The translations under genes and the position numbers were made by a program. The notes beneath the pieces are model-generated. The model saw only the letters and a list, made by a program, of their open reading frames with translations, ran no database searches and was not told where the DNA came from. DNA of 63,548 nt, filler included, from Pseudomonadota bacterium (lineage in GTDB: Bacteria > Desulfobacterota > Desulfobacteria > Desulfobacterales > JBDRRP01), in the NCBI GenBank assembly GCA_043825735.1. It is 7 parts of 7 records of this genome, joined end to end, with 100 filler letters (N's around TTAATTAATTAA, not from the genome) between each part and the next. Parts side by side here need not be neighbours in the genome. Positions count along the whole stretch, not along the records: positions 21,529 to 39,431 come from JBDRRP010000022.1; positions 39,532 to 46,432 come from JBDRRP010000023.1; 5 more parts are not named here. One strand, 5' to 3'. The stretch's first letter is position 1, and every line of letters starts with the position of its first letter. Shown piece by piece: positions 34,770-45,445 of the stretch.

Positions 34770-36014
34770 ATGGAGAAGCAGCGAAAATCGACCAAACGGC
34801 TTGCCGCGGCCAGAGAGCTCAACCGGGTGGTGGGCGAGTACTACCTGGAATGCGCCGCCGCCAAAGATGCGGGCCGGCCCGTGGGGTGGATGCCGCCCAT
34901 GAACGGAGCCATCGAGATTTTCTACGCCATGGACCTGCAGCCGGTCTTTCCCGAAAACTGGTCGCCGGTCTGCGCCGCCTTCGGCCTCACCCCGGCCAAT
35001 TTCGAGGTGAGCGAGAATATGGGCTACTCCAGGGATCTGTGCGGGTATCTGAGAAACATCATCGGGTATGTCCACGGTCCCATGACAGACCCGAATGCGC
35101 CGCTGGGCGGCCTTCCGGCGCCGGATCTGCTCATCTCACCCGGCGGCGGGTGCGTGCCGGTGATGAAGATATTTCACGCCCTGGAGCAGCGCTTTCCCGA
35201 TGCCAGGGTTTTTAAGGCGGACCTGCCGCAGGTGGCGGTGGAGAGCGTCCGGGACCATCACGTGGCCTATGCGGTCCGCGAGATGGAGCGCCTCATCGCA
35301 TTTTTGTCCGAGGCCACGGGCCGCGTCCTCGACCCGGAACGGCTGCGGGCCGTGGTGGCGCTCTCCGATCAGGCCTGCGCCCTGTGGGATGAGATCATGA
35401 GCTTTCGCAGCGCGGTGCCGGCGCCGTTTTCAGCGGCCGAAATCGGCATCATGTTCGTCATGGTCACCCGGCAGGGGACCCAGGCGGCCGTGGATTTTCT
35501 TACAAAGGTGCGCGACGAGGTGCGCGAGCGGGCCGATGCCGGCACCGGCGTCATCGAAAAAGAGCAGCTGCGGCTGTTCTGGGACAATATCCCGCTCTGG
35601 TACAACCTGGGGGTTTTCAATTATTTCGAGAAGGCCGGCGCCGTGGTGGTGGCCGAAACCTATTCGGCGGCCTGGTCGCTTCGGCTCGATCCGGACAATC
35701 CGCTGGAGTCCCTGGCGCTCAAGAGCCTCAAGTCCTATCCAATGGTTTCCTGCGTCTCTCTGGCCAATCGAAAAGAAATGGTCCTCAAAGCCTGCCGGGA
35801 GTACCACATCGACGGTGTGGTCTTTCACCGAAACCGCTCCTGCGTGCCCATCAGCCTCGGCCAGATGGATATCCGGCGGGCGCTGGAGACCGAACTGAAT
35901 ATTCCCTCGGTGATCATCGATGCCGACCACATGGATGACCGCAATTTTTCCCAGGCCCAGTTCGAGACCCGGGTGGATGCTTTCCTGGAGATGCTGCACC
36001 AGAGAAAAGGGTGA
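34770..36014 (+). CDS. 2-hydroxyacyl-CoA dehydratase family subunit (HgdA/BcrB-like)
   Basis: PEN, GYSRDLCGY, IDGVVFH.NRSC, TRVDAFLEML; start at ATG 34770. Confidence 0.88.
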   Translation: MEKQRKSTKRLAAARELNRVVGEYYLECAAAKDAGRPVGWMPPMNGAIEIFYAMDLQPVFPENWSPVCAAFGLTPANFEVSENMGYSRDLCGYLRNIIGYVHGPMTDPNAPLGGLPAPDLLISPGGGCVPVMKIFHALEQRFPDARVFKADLPQVAVESVRDHHVAYAVREMERLIAFLSEATGRVLDPERLRAVVALSDQACALWDEIMSFRSAVPAPFSAAEIGIMFVMVTRQGTQAAVDFLTKVRDEVRERADAGTGVIEKEQLRLFWDNIPLWYNLGVFNYFEKAGAVVVAETYSAAWSLRLDPDNPLESLALKSLKSYPMVSCVSLANRKEMVLKACREYHIDGVVFHRNRSCVPISLGQMDIRRALETELNIPSVIIDADHMDDRNFSQAQFETRVDAFLEMLHQRKG

Positions 36015-36299
36015 AAGTCGAAGGGTTGCGCCTATACGGCTTAACAGCGACAAGGGGCCGAGGGGCCAAGGGTTCAAGTGACGGCATTGGGCGTTATAAA
36101 GTACTCTTGCGGCAGGACGCCGATCCCGGCAGCATGTTACCTGTGAGATAAAATCGCACCCAAAGAAACCGGTCCAACGCTTTACGGGCCGCAGACGTAT
36201 TTTACTGTTTTCTTAGTTGTTTTTCACTCGACCCCTTGACCCCTTGAGCCCTCGGACCCTTGGTCCCTATCCATAGACCAACTCTTTGGAAGATGATCC
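36015..36299. repeat. Family A element, complete copy with nested 31-bp insert in the left array
   Basis: Left GGGGCCGAGGGGCCAAGGGTTCAAGTGACGGCATTGGGCG; right CTCGACCCCTTGACCCCTTGAGCCCTCGGACCCTTGG; tail GACCAACTCTTTG..GATGATCC. Confidence 0.85.
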
Positions 36300-36332
36300 A
36301 AAAGAAAATTATCTCTTATAGAAGGTAAAATA

Positions 36333-38145
36333 ATGCCACACACGATCAACCGGATATTCATCGAAAACGCCGGGCAGTTTTCAGACGACGTGATCATTCA
36401 CTGGAAACCGGCGCGCGGCGGCGCTTATGAGGAGATGACCTGGGGGGCGCTGGCGGACGCGGCTTTTGGTTTTGCCGCAGGGCTAGAGGACCTCGGGCTC
36501 GCTCCGGGAGACCGCCTGGCCATTATCGCCTTCAACCGGCTTGAATGGATCATCGCCGATCTTGGGGCGCTGCTGGCCGGGGGCGTGGATGTGCCCATCT
36601 ACCACACCAGCACGGCCGAGCAGTGCCGTTACGTGCTTCATGACGCCGGGGCCCGGTTCGTGGTGGTCGAAGACGCAGCGCAGCTTGAAAAAGTGCTTTC
36701 CAGTGCTGACGGCCTGCCGGCGCTGGAGCGTATCATATTGATGGACGGTCCATCACCGGTCGAGGACCCGCGCGTTCTGACCTTTGAAGCCGTTCTGGCC
36801 GCCGGAACGGCAGCGGGCTCTTCACGGCGCCGGGCCATCACCGACAGCGCCCTGGCCGTCAGGCCCGAGCAATTGGCCACCCTGGTCTACACCTCGGGCA
36901 CCACCGGACCGCCCAAGGGGTGCATGGTCAGCCACGGCAACGCCGGCTTTGTGCTGGCGTCCATCGATCAGATGCACGCCATCGAGAGTCGAACCAACAT
37001 TTCGCTGCTGGTTCTCCCCCTGTCGCATTTTTACCCCCGCGTATCCGGCTACTATTTCAACCTTTACAAGAACATTCCCCTGGCCATCGGCGAATCCATC
37101 GACACCCTGGCCGCAGACATTCAGGCGATTCGGCCCACCTATTTTTGCTGCGTGCCGCGGATTCTGGAAAAGGTCAGCGCCAGGATCACGGGCGCCGCCG
37201 GGCAGGGGGGGGGGGCTGCGCCGGTTCATTTTCAACCGGGCTATCGCGGTCGGCAGGGTCAGGGCCATCTGCCAGCGGATCGGGCGGCCGGCGCCGCTGA
37301 TCCTGATGTTGCAGTTCCGGCTGGCCAAGGCCCTGGTCTTTGACAAAATCCGGCAGCGCCTGGGCGGGCGGCTCGATTTCGCCGTTTCGGCCGGTGCGCC
37401 CCTTTCCGCCGAGGTGGGCGAATTCATCAACGCCCTGGGCATTCGGGTCATCGAATTCTACGGGCTCACCGAGACGCTGGGCGGTACTATGACCACGCTG
37501 GACGCCTGCCGCTACGGCACCGTGGGAAAAGCCATGCCGGGTTTCGAGGTATCTTTGGCCGACGACGGCGAAATCCTGCTCCGGGGAAACAACTTCATGG
37601 GGTACTGGAACAACCCGGAAAAGACGGCCGAGGTGCTGGTAGACGGCTGGTGCCGCACCGGCGACGTGGGGCGCTGGGAAAACGGTTATCTGAAGATCAC
37701 CGACCGCAAAAAGGACCTGATCATCACCTCCGGCGGGAAAAACATCTCCCCCCAGAACCTGGAGAACCTCATCATCAACAAAATCCCCCTGGTGAGCAAC
37801 GCCATGGTCTACGGGGACGCCAAAAACTACCTCACCGTACTGCTCACTCTGGATCCGGCGGCGCTCGAAGCCTTTGCCGCGGCGAGAGGACTTGGTTTTG
37901 ACACCGTTGCCGATCTGACCCGGCACCCGGATATCCGGCAGGCGATCCAGGAGGCCATGGACGGTGTCAACGCCGGCCTGGCCCGCTACGAGACATTAAA
38001 GAAATTTGAGATCCTGCATAGGGAATTCTCTCTGGAAGCCGGTGAGGTGACGCCCACCCTGAAGCTGCGGCGCGCAGTGGTCCGGGACAAGTACCGGGAC
38101 CGCATGGAGGCCCTCTACGGGCCGGCGCCGACGGTCATCAATTGA
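36333..38145 (+). pseudogene. Long-chain fatty acid--CoA ligase, split by a frameshift at a G11 tract (37205-37215)
   Basis: First frame carries YTSGTTGPPKG; second frame carries YGLTE, TGD, DRKKD, TPTLK; deleting one G gives a 603-aa ORF; could be an assembly error. Confidence 0.85.
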
Positions 38146-39431
38146 GTTCACTCAAGGCATCTTGGGTTAATGTCTTGAGTTTGTCTACCCAGGCATCATT
38201 TGATCGGCCATCCATTGTTTTAAAGATCATGGCGCCGGTCCGGACATCGACGACATATAGTTTGACAATGATGAAGTCGCTTTGGTCGAACCATATGTTC
38301 AGTAAAATCGCCAGATCCGAATGCAGCTTTTTTGCCAAATCGATCACAATATCTTTTTGCGGTGATTTACTGGCATCGAAAAACGATTGTTTTTTCCACA
38401 GTGAAGCCACTTCTTTTTCGTACTCCGACGACTCAATCAGGGTCATGCCTCCAAAAAAGGGCGCGTCGTCTTCCTTAAATATGGCGCGCAGCTCATAATT
38501 TTTTCCCAACCTGATGGCCTGGCTAACGCCTTTGGTCATTAGGTTCTTCATCGGATTGGCATTGGACCAGTGAGTTCTTTGGTATTCTTTGAGAACAGGC
38601 AGCAGGGCTACCGGCAATCTGCTGTTGGCAATAGGTATGGACGCAGGGACCGGCTGGTGGGATGCAATTTGCAAGGGCTCTGATTTCGAGATTTGATCGG
38701 GCGGTAATGCCGTGGTGATCTTTTCTTTTTCCATCTCCAGACGTTCTTGTTCCAGTTTGAGCTTATCCAACTCCAGGGCCTGCCGCTGCGCCATGAGCTC
38801 TCTTTCCATTTCCAGCTTCTGGCGGTCCAGCTCGAGACGCTGCTTTTCAGCCTGGATGGCGGCCATCTGGTCGGCCTGGATAGCTTTCTGCCTGCTGGCA
38901 GCCTCTGCGGTCTGGCGCTCGGCCACGTGCCGGCGCTGTTCCTCTGCTCGGCGCTGCTGCTCGGCGACCCATGCCTGGTTGTAAAGAACGAACTGGCCGT
39001 CGCGGTCCATGGGGGTCTTCAGGCGCCCCACACTGGGCCGCTGACCGCCGATCTCGCTGACCGGCTTCCACACCCGCGTGTGAAAGAGGTTCTCCAGGTC
39101 CATGACCTCCCGGTCGTTTTCTTTGAGCGCCGAGATGAAATAAAAGGCAAAGAGGCTGTGACCCTCGGCGCCGCCGTCGGCCACCGGCTCGATGCCGCCG
39201 CTGCTGATGACTTGGCGCGATCGTTTGGCCGCTGCCTGCATGAGCTTGGTCTTGTAGTCGCCATCCAGGGTCATTAGGCTGGGCCCGCCACGGAGCATGG
39301 CGCCCGAGTAGCAGCTGTCGGCGATCACCACCACGTTCTTGGCGGTGACTTTCTCCGAGCTGAAGATGGCCTTCAGATAGCTGTTTGAGATCCAGGAGCT
39401 GGGGTTGTTGGCCTCGCCTTCCACGGGGATC
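38138..39431 (-). CDS. Caspase-like (peptidase C14) domain protein with coiled coil, 5' truncated by contig edge
   Basis: VIADSCYSG catalytic Cys motif, SSGGIEPVAD, HSLFA; long E/Q/R coiled coil. Confidence 0.8.
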
Positions 39432-39531
39432 NNNNNNNNNNNNNNNNNNNNNNNNNNNNNNNNNNNNNNNNNNNNTTAATTAATTAANNNNNNNNNNNNN
39501 NNNNNNNNNNNNNNNNNNNNNNNNNNNNNNN

Positions 39532-40832
39532 TCCATGGCCAGGTCATCAATCGAGAACTCTTTTTCTCGCTTAATGTCGAGCTTGCCGAAATTCAGGTTT
39601 ACCTGCTGCCATTTGCACCAGAAATAGATGATCTGGCGCTCGGCTTCGGATACGGCCTTTGCCTTCCGGGTCAGTACGCTGGTGAGCTGCTGGAACTCAT
39701 AGCGCAGCGCAACGCCGCTTGAGACCTCGTTGTTGCTTTTGCGCTGGCCGTGCACGCCGGACAGGTGCGCCATGCGGAAAATCTCATCCACCTTTCTGTC
39801 CATCCACTTGAGCACCGCCTCAATCGGGTCCAAAACAACGGACTCCAGCCAATCCGGCTTTCCCGATTCGCCATCCTTGGGGTCAAATTGAAGAACCGAC
39901 TTTTGCCCCACCGGCACGTCCTTGGCCTTTTTTCCGGTCGCTGTGTTTATGCTTATTTCGTAACCGGATTTTTTCGGATGCCGCAGCATGGGAAACGCTG
40001 CCCACTTGATGACCTCAGATCCGTGTGACAAATCCCGAACAAGGCTGGCCACGATAGGCGCAATGTCCTGAAGGTCGGATGCGCCAATGTTGGGGCTCGT
40101 TATGTCTCTGATGTTCGGGAGCCACACAAACGGGATTTCGCCGAGCGTGTTTGTGCCGTTATCAATAAGCTTGATCCCGTTGGAATCGGAATTTTCCCCC
40201 TTTTCCAGCCGTACCCGTTTATATGCTTCTGGCCAGTACAGCAGGTAGTCGCCGTCTTCCTCTCTGAGCTTGAGGTATTCAAGGCAGCGCCGGCCGGTCG
40301 CCGGATCCGTCCCGTAGCGCCAATCGAGGATGCTCTGCGCGCCATAGCCAGCCAGGTACGGATAGATGCCGTTGGCAATTTCCGCCTGCCGGGTGCTGAA
40401 TCCATGCTTGGGTTTGATGAGCAGCATACCGAAGGTGCCCGTAATCGCTGCCCGGCGCTCCGCCTCATTCATGTAATCGTTCCAATCGGTGCCGGACTGG
40501 TCACAGTCTTTGCTGAACATATCCCACAACTCGTTATTGGCGAGCTTGGTTTCGTTGATGTTTCTGATGGGTGCCTTTTCGCAAAGGTAAAACGAGAAAA
40601 GATCGATGATGCTGCGCGCGTAGTTGAAGTTTACAGCCTCATCGCGCCGCGCCTTGAAGTTGGCCGCCGTCTCCCGGGGGTTTTTCCTGTTGATGACGTG
40701 CTGGATAAATGCACGGCCACCGTCATAGGTAAGGGTGAAAAACTGCCAATCCTCGATTCTTTCGGAATGCTTTTTGTGCAGTTTTTCCAACTCGATTTTT
40801 GTCACAACGTCTGTAGATTTCAATTTTGTCAC
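39532..40832 (-). CDS. Phage portal protein, 3' truncated by contig edge
   Basis: Follows terL; RET...FKARR, LGEIPFV, SGVALRYEF. Confidence 0.85.
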
Positions 40833-40834
40833 CT

Positions 40835-42361
40835 CTATTTCCAGTGGATCATGTCAGGATCATCTTGGAGGAAAGGCTCCCCGGCCCATGATAAAAACTG
40901 CGATGTTGAGTCGACAGAGTCGTCTTCTTTCCAATTCGGGAAGTGAATCAAGGCGGTTTCATAGTCCACCAGCCATGGTGCGCGTTCCGGCAAAAACACC
41001 TTGCCGGATTCAAAAAAGGTCGTTACCCGCTGGAGCCGAATGATTTTGTTCGCGTCCGGCTCGATGGCTATTACCGGGATGTTCGTGTTCTTTTTCAGAT
41101 CCTGGATAAGGCTCTGGCCGCTGGCCTTATCTTCGATGAGAAGCGGCACTTGGGCGCGGTTTACGCGGAAAGCCTCTACATTGCGCTCGTGCATCCTTTT
41201 TGCGGCGCTGATGAGATCGGGATACCCGACGCGCTTATTGAACATATAAAGCAGCCAGTAATCGTCGTTTTGTGTGATGCCCCATACCGTGCAGCAGCTT
41301 GGATCGTTTACCTCGTTTTCTTTGAAAGCCGTGTCCCAGGAGCATACGATCAGCTTAAAGCCCTTGAGCGCCGCTTTGCCGTCATCCATGGCGATGTGCC
41401 CGAGACTGTGCGCCCTGGTTTCTTCGGTCATCATCCGGACATCACGGTAGGTGTACCGCTGGAACCATTTATCCAGGACCATGCCGCCGGATTCCGGTAC
41501 CGGACGCTGTTGGTAGAGCGCTGACCAGTCTCTCGATCCGAGCGTTTCTTTGATGCGTCTTAGCCTTGGAACGGGGTATTTTTCCGGCCACAGGGCTTCA
41601 CCAGGTTCTCGCCCCAGGAGATCGCCGCTTTCGGCGATGGCCGGCAGGTTAATGATGCGCCAGTTTTCATGGGCCTTTTCGTCAAGCAGCCACCCGGCCA
41701 GATCGTAGTAGCTCCACCTGGTCATAACGAGGATGATGGCGCTGGTGCCGGGCATAAGACGCGTGTAGGCAACCGCCGTGAACCAGTCGCGCAGGCGGCG
41801 CTGCGCAATTTCGCTTTCAGCGTCCTCGCGGCCCTTGATAGGGTCATCGATAAGAAAGATGTTCGCCCCGCGGCCTGTGGTGCCGCCGCCGATACCAACT
41901 GAAACGTACACGCCGTCTTGTTGGGTCGTGAATTTGTTGGCCGCTTTGGCATCTTCTGAAATCTGGCAGCCCGGGAAGATGCTCTGGTGCAAAGGATCGA
42001 GCAACTGGTTGCGAACCTTTCGGCCGATGTCCGTTGCACGGTCGAAGCTGTAGGTGGATGATATGATCTGGTGATCGGGACGACGGCCAAGGTGCCATGC
42101 CGGAAAATACTCACTGATGAGCATTGTTTTTCCGTGCCGGGGCGGGGTGAATATCATTAGCCGATCGACTTCGCCCCGGCTCACGGCTTCAAGCTCTGCG
42201 GCAATTGTCCGGATGTGCCTGCCCACAACGTAGTTGGGGTTCATCGCTTTCGCGTAAGAAAGCAGTTTTGAGTAGGCAAGCCGTTCCGGAGTGAGCAGGG
42301 AGCGCAGCTTTTCTCGCTGCCCATCGCTCAGGTCGTTAAAAGAAAGACCCGCCATCATCAC
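40835..42361 (-). CDS. Phage terminase large subunit
   Basis: PPRHGKT Walker A, LIDDP, VMTRW, WDTA, IEDKASG, DDSVDS nuclease motifs. Confidence 0.95.
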   Translation of the reverse strand: MMMAGLSFNDLSDGQREKLRSLLTPERLAYSKLLSYAKAMNPNYVVGRHIRTIAAELEAVSRGEVDRLMIFTPPRHGKTMLISEYFPAWHLGRRPDHQIISSTYSFDRATDIGRKVRNQLLDPLHQSIFPGCQISEDAKAANKFTTQQDGVYVSVGIGGGTTGRGANIFLIDDPIKGREDAESEIAQRRLRDWFTAVAYTRLMPGTSAIILVMTRWSYYDLAGWLLDEKAHENWRIINLPAIAESGDLLGREPGEALWPEKYPVPRLRRIKETLGSRDWSALYQQRPVPESGGMVLDKWFQRYTYRDVRMMTEETRAHSLGHIAMDDGKAALKGFKLIVCSWDTAFKENEVNDPSCCTVWGITQNDDYWLLYMFNKRVGYPDLISAAKRMHERNVEAFRVNRAQVPLLIEDKASGQSLIQDLKKNTNIPVIAIEPDANKIIRLQRVTTFFESGKVFLPERAPWLVDYETALIHFPNWKEDDSVDSTSQFLSWAGEPFLQDDPDMIHWK

Positions 42362-43004
42362 CCCCGGCTTTGCGGCTTGCCTTAACGGCCCTGGTTAGGA
42401 TTTTGTCTTTTCCCGACATTGCCGGTGGGGTGGCGCTGACAGGTATCGCCTCCGGCGGCATGTCACATTCCTCAAATTCCCCGTCTATGATTTCACCCGC
42501 CCCGCCAAAGAATTCGATAAGCGTTTGCCTTGGCAGCCCTTCAAGCAGCTCTTTTGGGATTTTGTCTTTTTCTCCAAGAGCCGCCATGATCATTGCGTCT
42601 TGCTGCGCTGTTGAAATCTTCACGCTTGCGATCACTTCTTTTCTTTCCGGCGCAAACCCTCCGACGATCTTTAATTCCAGTTCGATGATTTTCCGGATTT
42701 CCTCGATCCAGCGCGATCCCTGGGCGGCGCTTGTGATCCGCGTGATTCGGTCCCAGCAGGTTTTTCTCAATTCGGCCAGCTCAAGCAGCTTTTGGACTCT
42801 TACTAATGCTGCGTTTTCAATTTGACACTCATCGAGCCGTTTAAAGAGAGCTTTTACGTCACGGCTGACGGTCGCGGGGTCCACATTGAGCAGCTCTGCG
42901 ATTTCGTACTGAAAATAACCCTGTTTTAACAGGTTGATTACCTGCGTTCTGCGGTCCTGGATCACCATGTGTTGCTTCTGTGTGACCGGCAGCTTCCACG
43001 GCAT
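42336..43004 (-). CDS. HTH protein, probable terminase small subunit
   Basis: QYEIAELLNVDPATVSRD HTH; overlaps the terL start. Confidence 0.7.
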   Translation of the reverse strand: MPWKLPVTQKQHMVIQDRRTQVINLLKQGYFQYEIAELLNVDPATVSRDVKALFKRLDECQIENAALVRVQKLLELAELRKTCWDRITRITSAAQGSRWIEEIRKIIELELKIVGGFAPERKEVIASVKISTAQQDAMIMAALGEKDKIPKELLEGLPRQTLIEFFGGAGEIIDGEFEECDMPPEAIPVSATPPAMSGKDKILTRAVKASRKAGGDDGGSFF

Positions 43005-43050
43005 AAGATGACCTTTCTGTAAAAAATATTTGAATACTTACAAAATTGGC

Positions 43051-43086
43051 TTGACAGATCCTCACTTATAGTGAGATTTATGTCAA
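43051..43086. promoter_or_regulatory. Dyad element in the divergent phage intergenic region
   Basis: TTGACAgatcCTCACTtatAGTGAGatttaTGTCAA: TTGACA on both strands flanking a CTCACT/AGTGAG palindrome. Confidence 0.55.
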
Positions 43087-43149
43087 CGAAAAAGTCAATC
43101 GGGTCTTGTCTCGGAGCGGCCACTTCGCGGCAGGGGTCAAGAAACAAAC

Positions 43150-43199
43150 AAGGGGGGACGGTGCGGCGTCCGTACACGCTGCTGCCGTCCCCCCTTTTT
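43150..43199 (+). terminator. Terminator-like hairpin in the leader of the scaffold gene
   Basis: AAGGGGGGACGG...CCGTCCCCCTTTTTT. Confidence 0.55.
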
Positions 43200-43315
43200 G
43201 TTTGCCCGAGCAGCACCGAGGAAGTTGCGGCCGATACCGCTTTTTAAGGCTTATGGCCGGATGGCCAAACGGTTACCAAGGGCGCGATGCCCGCAAAATG
43301 AAGGAGAGGACACGC

Positions 43316-44143
43316 ATGAAGCTGAAACTGGATAAAGACGGACTCGTTGTCGTTAAGGACGGAAACCCTGTTTACCTCATTACTGAGGACGGGGTCGAAA
43401 AAGACTTCGTTATGGACGGGCCCCAGATGATGAGTGACCTGGCCGCAGCCAACAACGAGGCAGGCGAAAGCCGTCTCAAGCTCAATGAAGCGACCGAAGC
43501 CCTGGAAAAGTTCAAGGGGATCGAGGATCCGGCCGCCGCTCTGGCAGCGATTGCCAAAGTGAAAGACCTCGACAGCAGCAAGCTGCTTGATGCCGGAAAG
43601 GTCGATGAGCTGCGGCAGGAAATGCAGGCCGTCTTTACCGAGAAGTACAACGCCCAGACCGCAGATTTCCAGAACCAGCTCGCCGCGCGCGATACCGATC
43701 TTGGCACCGCAAACGACACCGTGCGCCAGCTTCTCATTAAACACGCTTTCGGCCAGAGCGAGTATTTCTCCGGACCCAAGGCCAAAACCACGCTTCACCC
43801 CGAGATTGCCGCCAACTACTTCGCCGACAGCTTCAAGGTGGAAGGCTCCGGCAAAAACGCGAAAATCGTCGCTTACACCGGCGATCGAGTCATCAACAGC
43901 AAAGAGTTTTTTGGCCAACCGGCCTCTTTCGATGAAGCCATTGGCATCATCATCGACCAGCACCCGCTTAAAAACAGCATCCTGGCCTCGACCCCGGGCG
44001 GCCCTGCGGCTAAAGGCGGCGAAAAAGTGGGAACGGCCGGGAAAATTTTTCTGACAACCGAAGAAGCCGAAAACCGGCAGACCTGGCTTGCCGCTGAAAA
44101 GCAGGCCGCCGATTCCGGCCTTCAAATCGTCATCCAAGACTAA
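43316..44143 (+). CDS. Phage capsid scaffolding protein (DUF6651-like)
   Basis: MKLKLD.DG.VVVKDGNPVY N-terminus, coiled coil, ASFDEAI..II; directly upstream of the capsid gene; AAGGAGAGG RBS. Confidence 0.8.
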   Translation: MKLKLDKDGLVVVKDGNPVYLITEDGVEKDFVMDGPQMMSDLAAANNEAGESRLKLNEATEALEKFKGIEDPAAALAAIAKVKDLDSSKLLDAGKVDELRQEMQAVFTEKYNAQTADFQNQLAARDTDLGTANDTVRQLLIKHAFGQSEYFSGPKAKTTLHPEIAANYFADSFKVEGSGKNAKIVAYTGDRVINSKEFFGQPASFDEAIGIIIDQHPLKNSILASTPGGPAAKGGEKVGTAGKIFLTTEEAENRQTWLAAEKQAADSGLQIVIQD

Positions 44144-44170
44144 GCCCTGCGGGGCATGTGAGGTTCAACC

Positions 44171-45358
44171 ATGAGTAACGCCCTTGATGCCTACAATCCC
44201 ACGTTTTACGCTCAGAACGCACTGACCCAGCTCGAGCTGGCCCTCGGTATGACCCGCCGGGTCTACATGGGCTATGACGAGGAACGCAAATCGGTGGAAG
44301 AAGGCGACACCATCGAAGTCCGTGTGCCCAGCTCCTTTGTCGTCCAGGACGGCGGCAACGGCACCGTGCAGGACACCAAGACCGATAAGATCCAGATGAA
44401 ACTGGATCAGTGGAAAGAGGTCAAGTTCGGCATGACCGACAAGGAGCTTGCCCTTTCCCACAACAAGATCATCGAGGAGCACATCCGTCCGGCCATCCTG
44501 CCCCTGGCGGTGTTCGTGGAAAACTACCTCACGAACCTGTACAGGGCCGTGCCGTACTCCTACAACATGGCGTCCAGCTTCGACGTCACCGACATCACCG
44601 GTGCCCGCAAAGTGGTCCGTGACAACGCCGGCGCGGTCATCGACGATGTCATCATGAGCTGCGCGGTCGACAGCACCCTGGAAGCGGCCATGCTCTCCAG
44701 CACGATCTTTCACTCCGCGGGAGTGACCGGCGAGAACCGCAACCAGAACGCCCTCATCAAGGGCCACCTGGGCCAGCGTTTCGGCACCGAGTTTTTCGTG
44801 CAGCAGACGCTGCCCACCCATACCGGCGGCACCGTGCTGACCGGTGCCGACCAGGCGGGCACGCTCACCGGTGCTCACGCCAAGGGCGCAACGGCCATTG
44901 CCATCGCGGACCTGGCCGGCGTGGAAACCCTCAAGGCCGGTGACAGCTTTTACTTCGCCACCGCCCCCACCGTTCGCTATGCGGTTACCGGAGATGTCAC
45001 CTTGACTGCCGGCGCCGCTGCCGGTGTGGGGATTTTCCCCGCGCTCAAGGCGGATGTTGCCGATACCACGGTGATCACCTTTGAAGCGGACGGTGCCAGC
45101 AACCACTGCGCGTCGTTTGCCACCAACCTCATGTTTCACAAAAACGCGTTCGCGGTTGCCTTCGGCCGCCTGCCGAAAATCGGCCACGGCGCCGGTGCGC
45201 GCATGAGTGTTGTTCAGGATCCGGTCACCGGCCTGGCGATCCGCTCCCGTATCGCCTACATCGACGGTTCGGCGAAAGTCGTCATCACCTTCGACATCCT
45301 GTTCGGCGGCAAGTGCATCCGGCCCGAGCTGGCCTGCGTTATGCGCCGCAACGTGTAA
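44171..45358 (+). CDS. Major capsid protein (P22 coat-like) with beta-rich insertion
   Basis: GDTIEVRVP, NLMFHKNAFA, FDILFG...RPELAC; strong codon bias. Confidence 0.88.
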   Translation: MSNALDAYNPTFYAQNALTQLELALGMTRRVYMGYDEERKSVEEGDTIEVRVPSSFVVQDGGNGTVQDTKTDKIQMKLDQWKEVKFGMTDKELALSHNKIIEEHIRPAILPLAVFVENYLTNLYRAVPYSYNMASSFDVTDITGARKVVRDNAGAVIDDVIMSCAVDSTLEAAMLSSTIFHSAGVTGENRNQNALIKGHLGQRFGTEFFVQQTLPTHTGGTVLTGADQAGTLTGAHAKGATAIAIADLAGVETLKAGDSFYFATAPTVRYAVTGDVTLTAGAAAGVGIFPALKADVADTTVITFEADGASNHCASFATNLMFHKNAFAVAFGRLPKIGHGAGARMSVVQDPVTGLAIRSRIAYIDGSAKVVITFDILFGGKCIRPELACVMRRNV

Positions 45359-45382
45359 CGCTGACGCTTAACGGTAAAACCT

Positions 45383-45421
45383 GGGGGGCGGGCGAGTGTT
45401 CGCCTTGCCCCCCTTCTTTTT
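45383..45421 (+). terminator. Terminator after the capsid gene
   Basis: GGGGGGCGGGCGA...TCGCCTTGCCCCCC followed by a T-rich tail. Confidence 0.7.
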
Positions 45422-45445
45422 AACGAGAATTCAAGGAGATCCATA

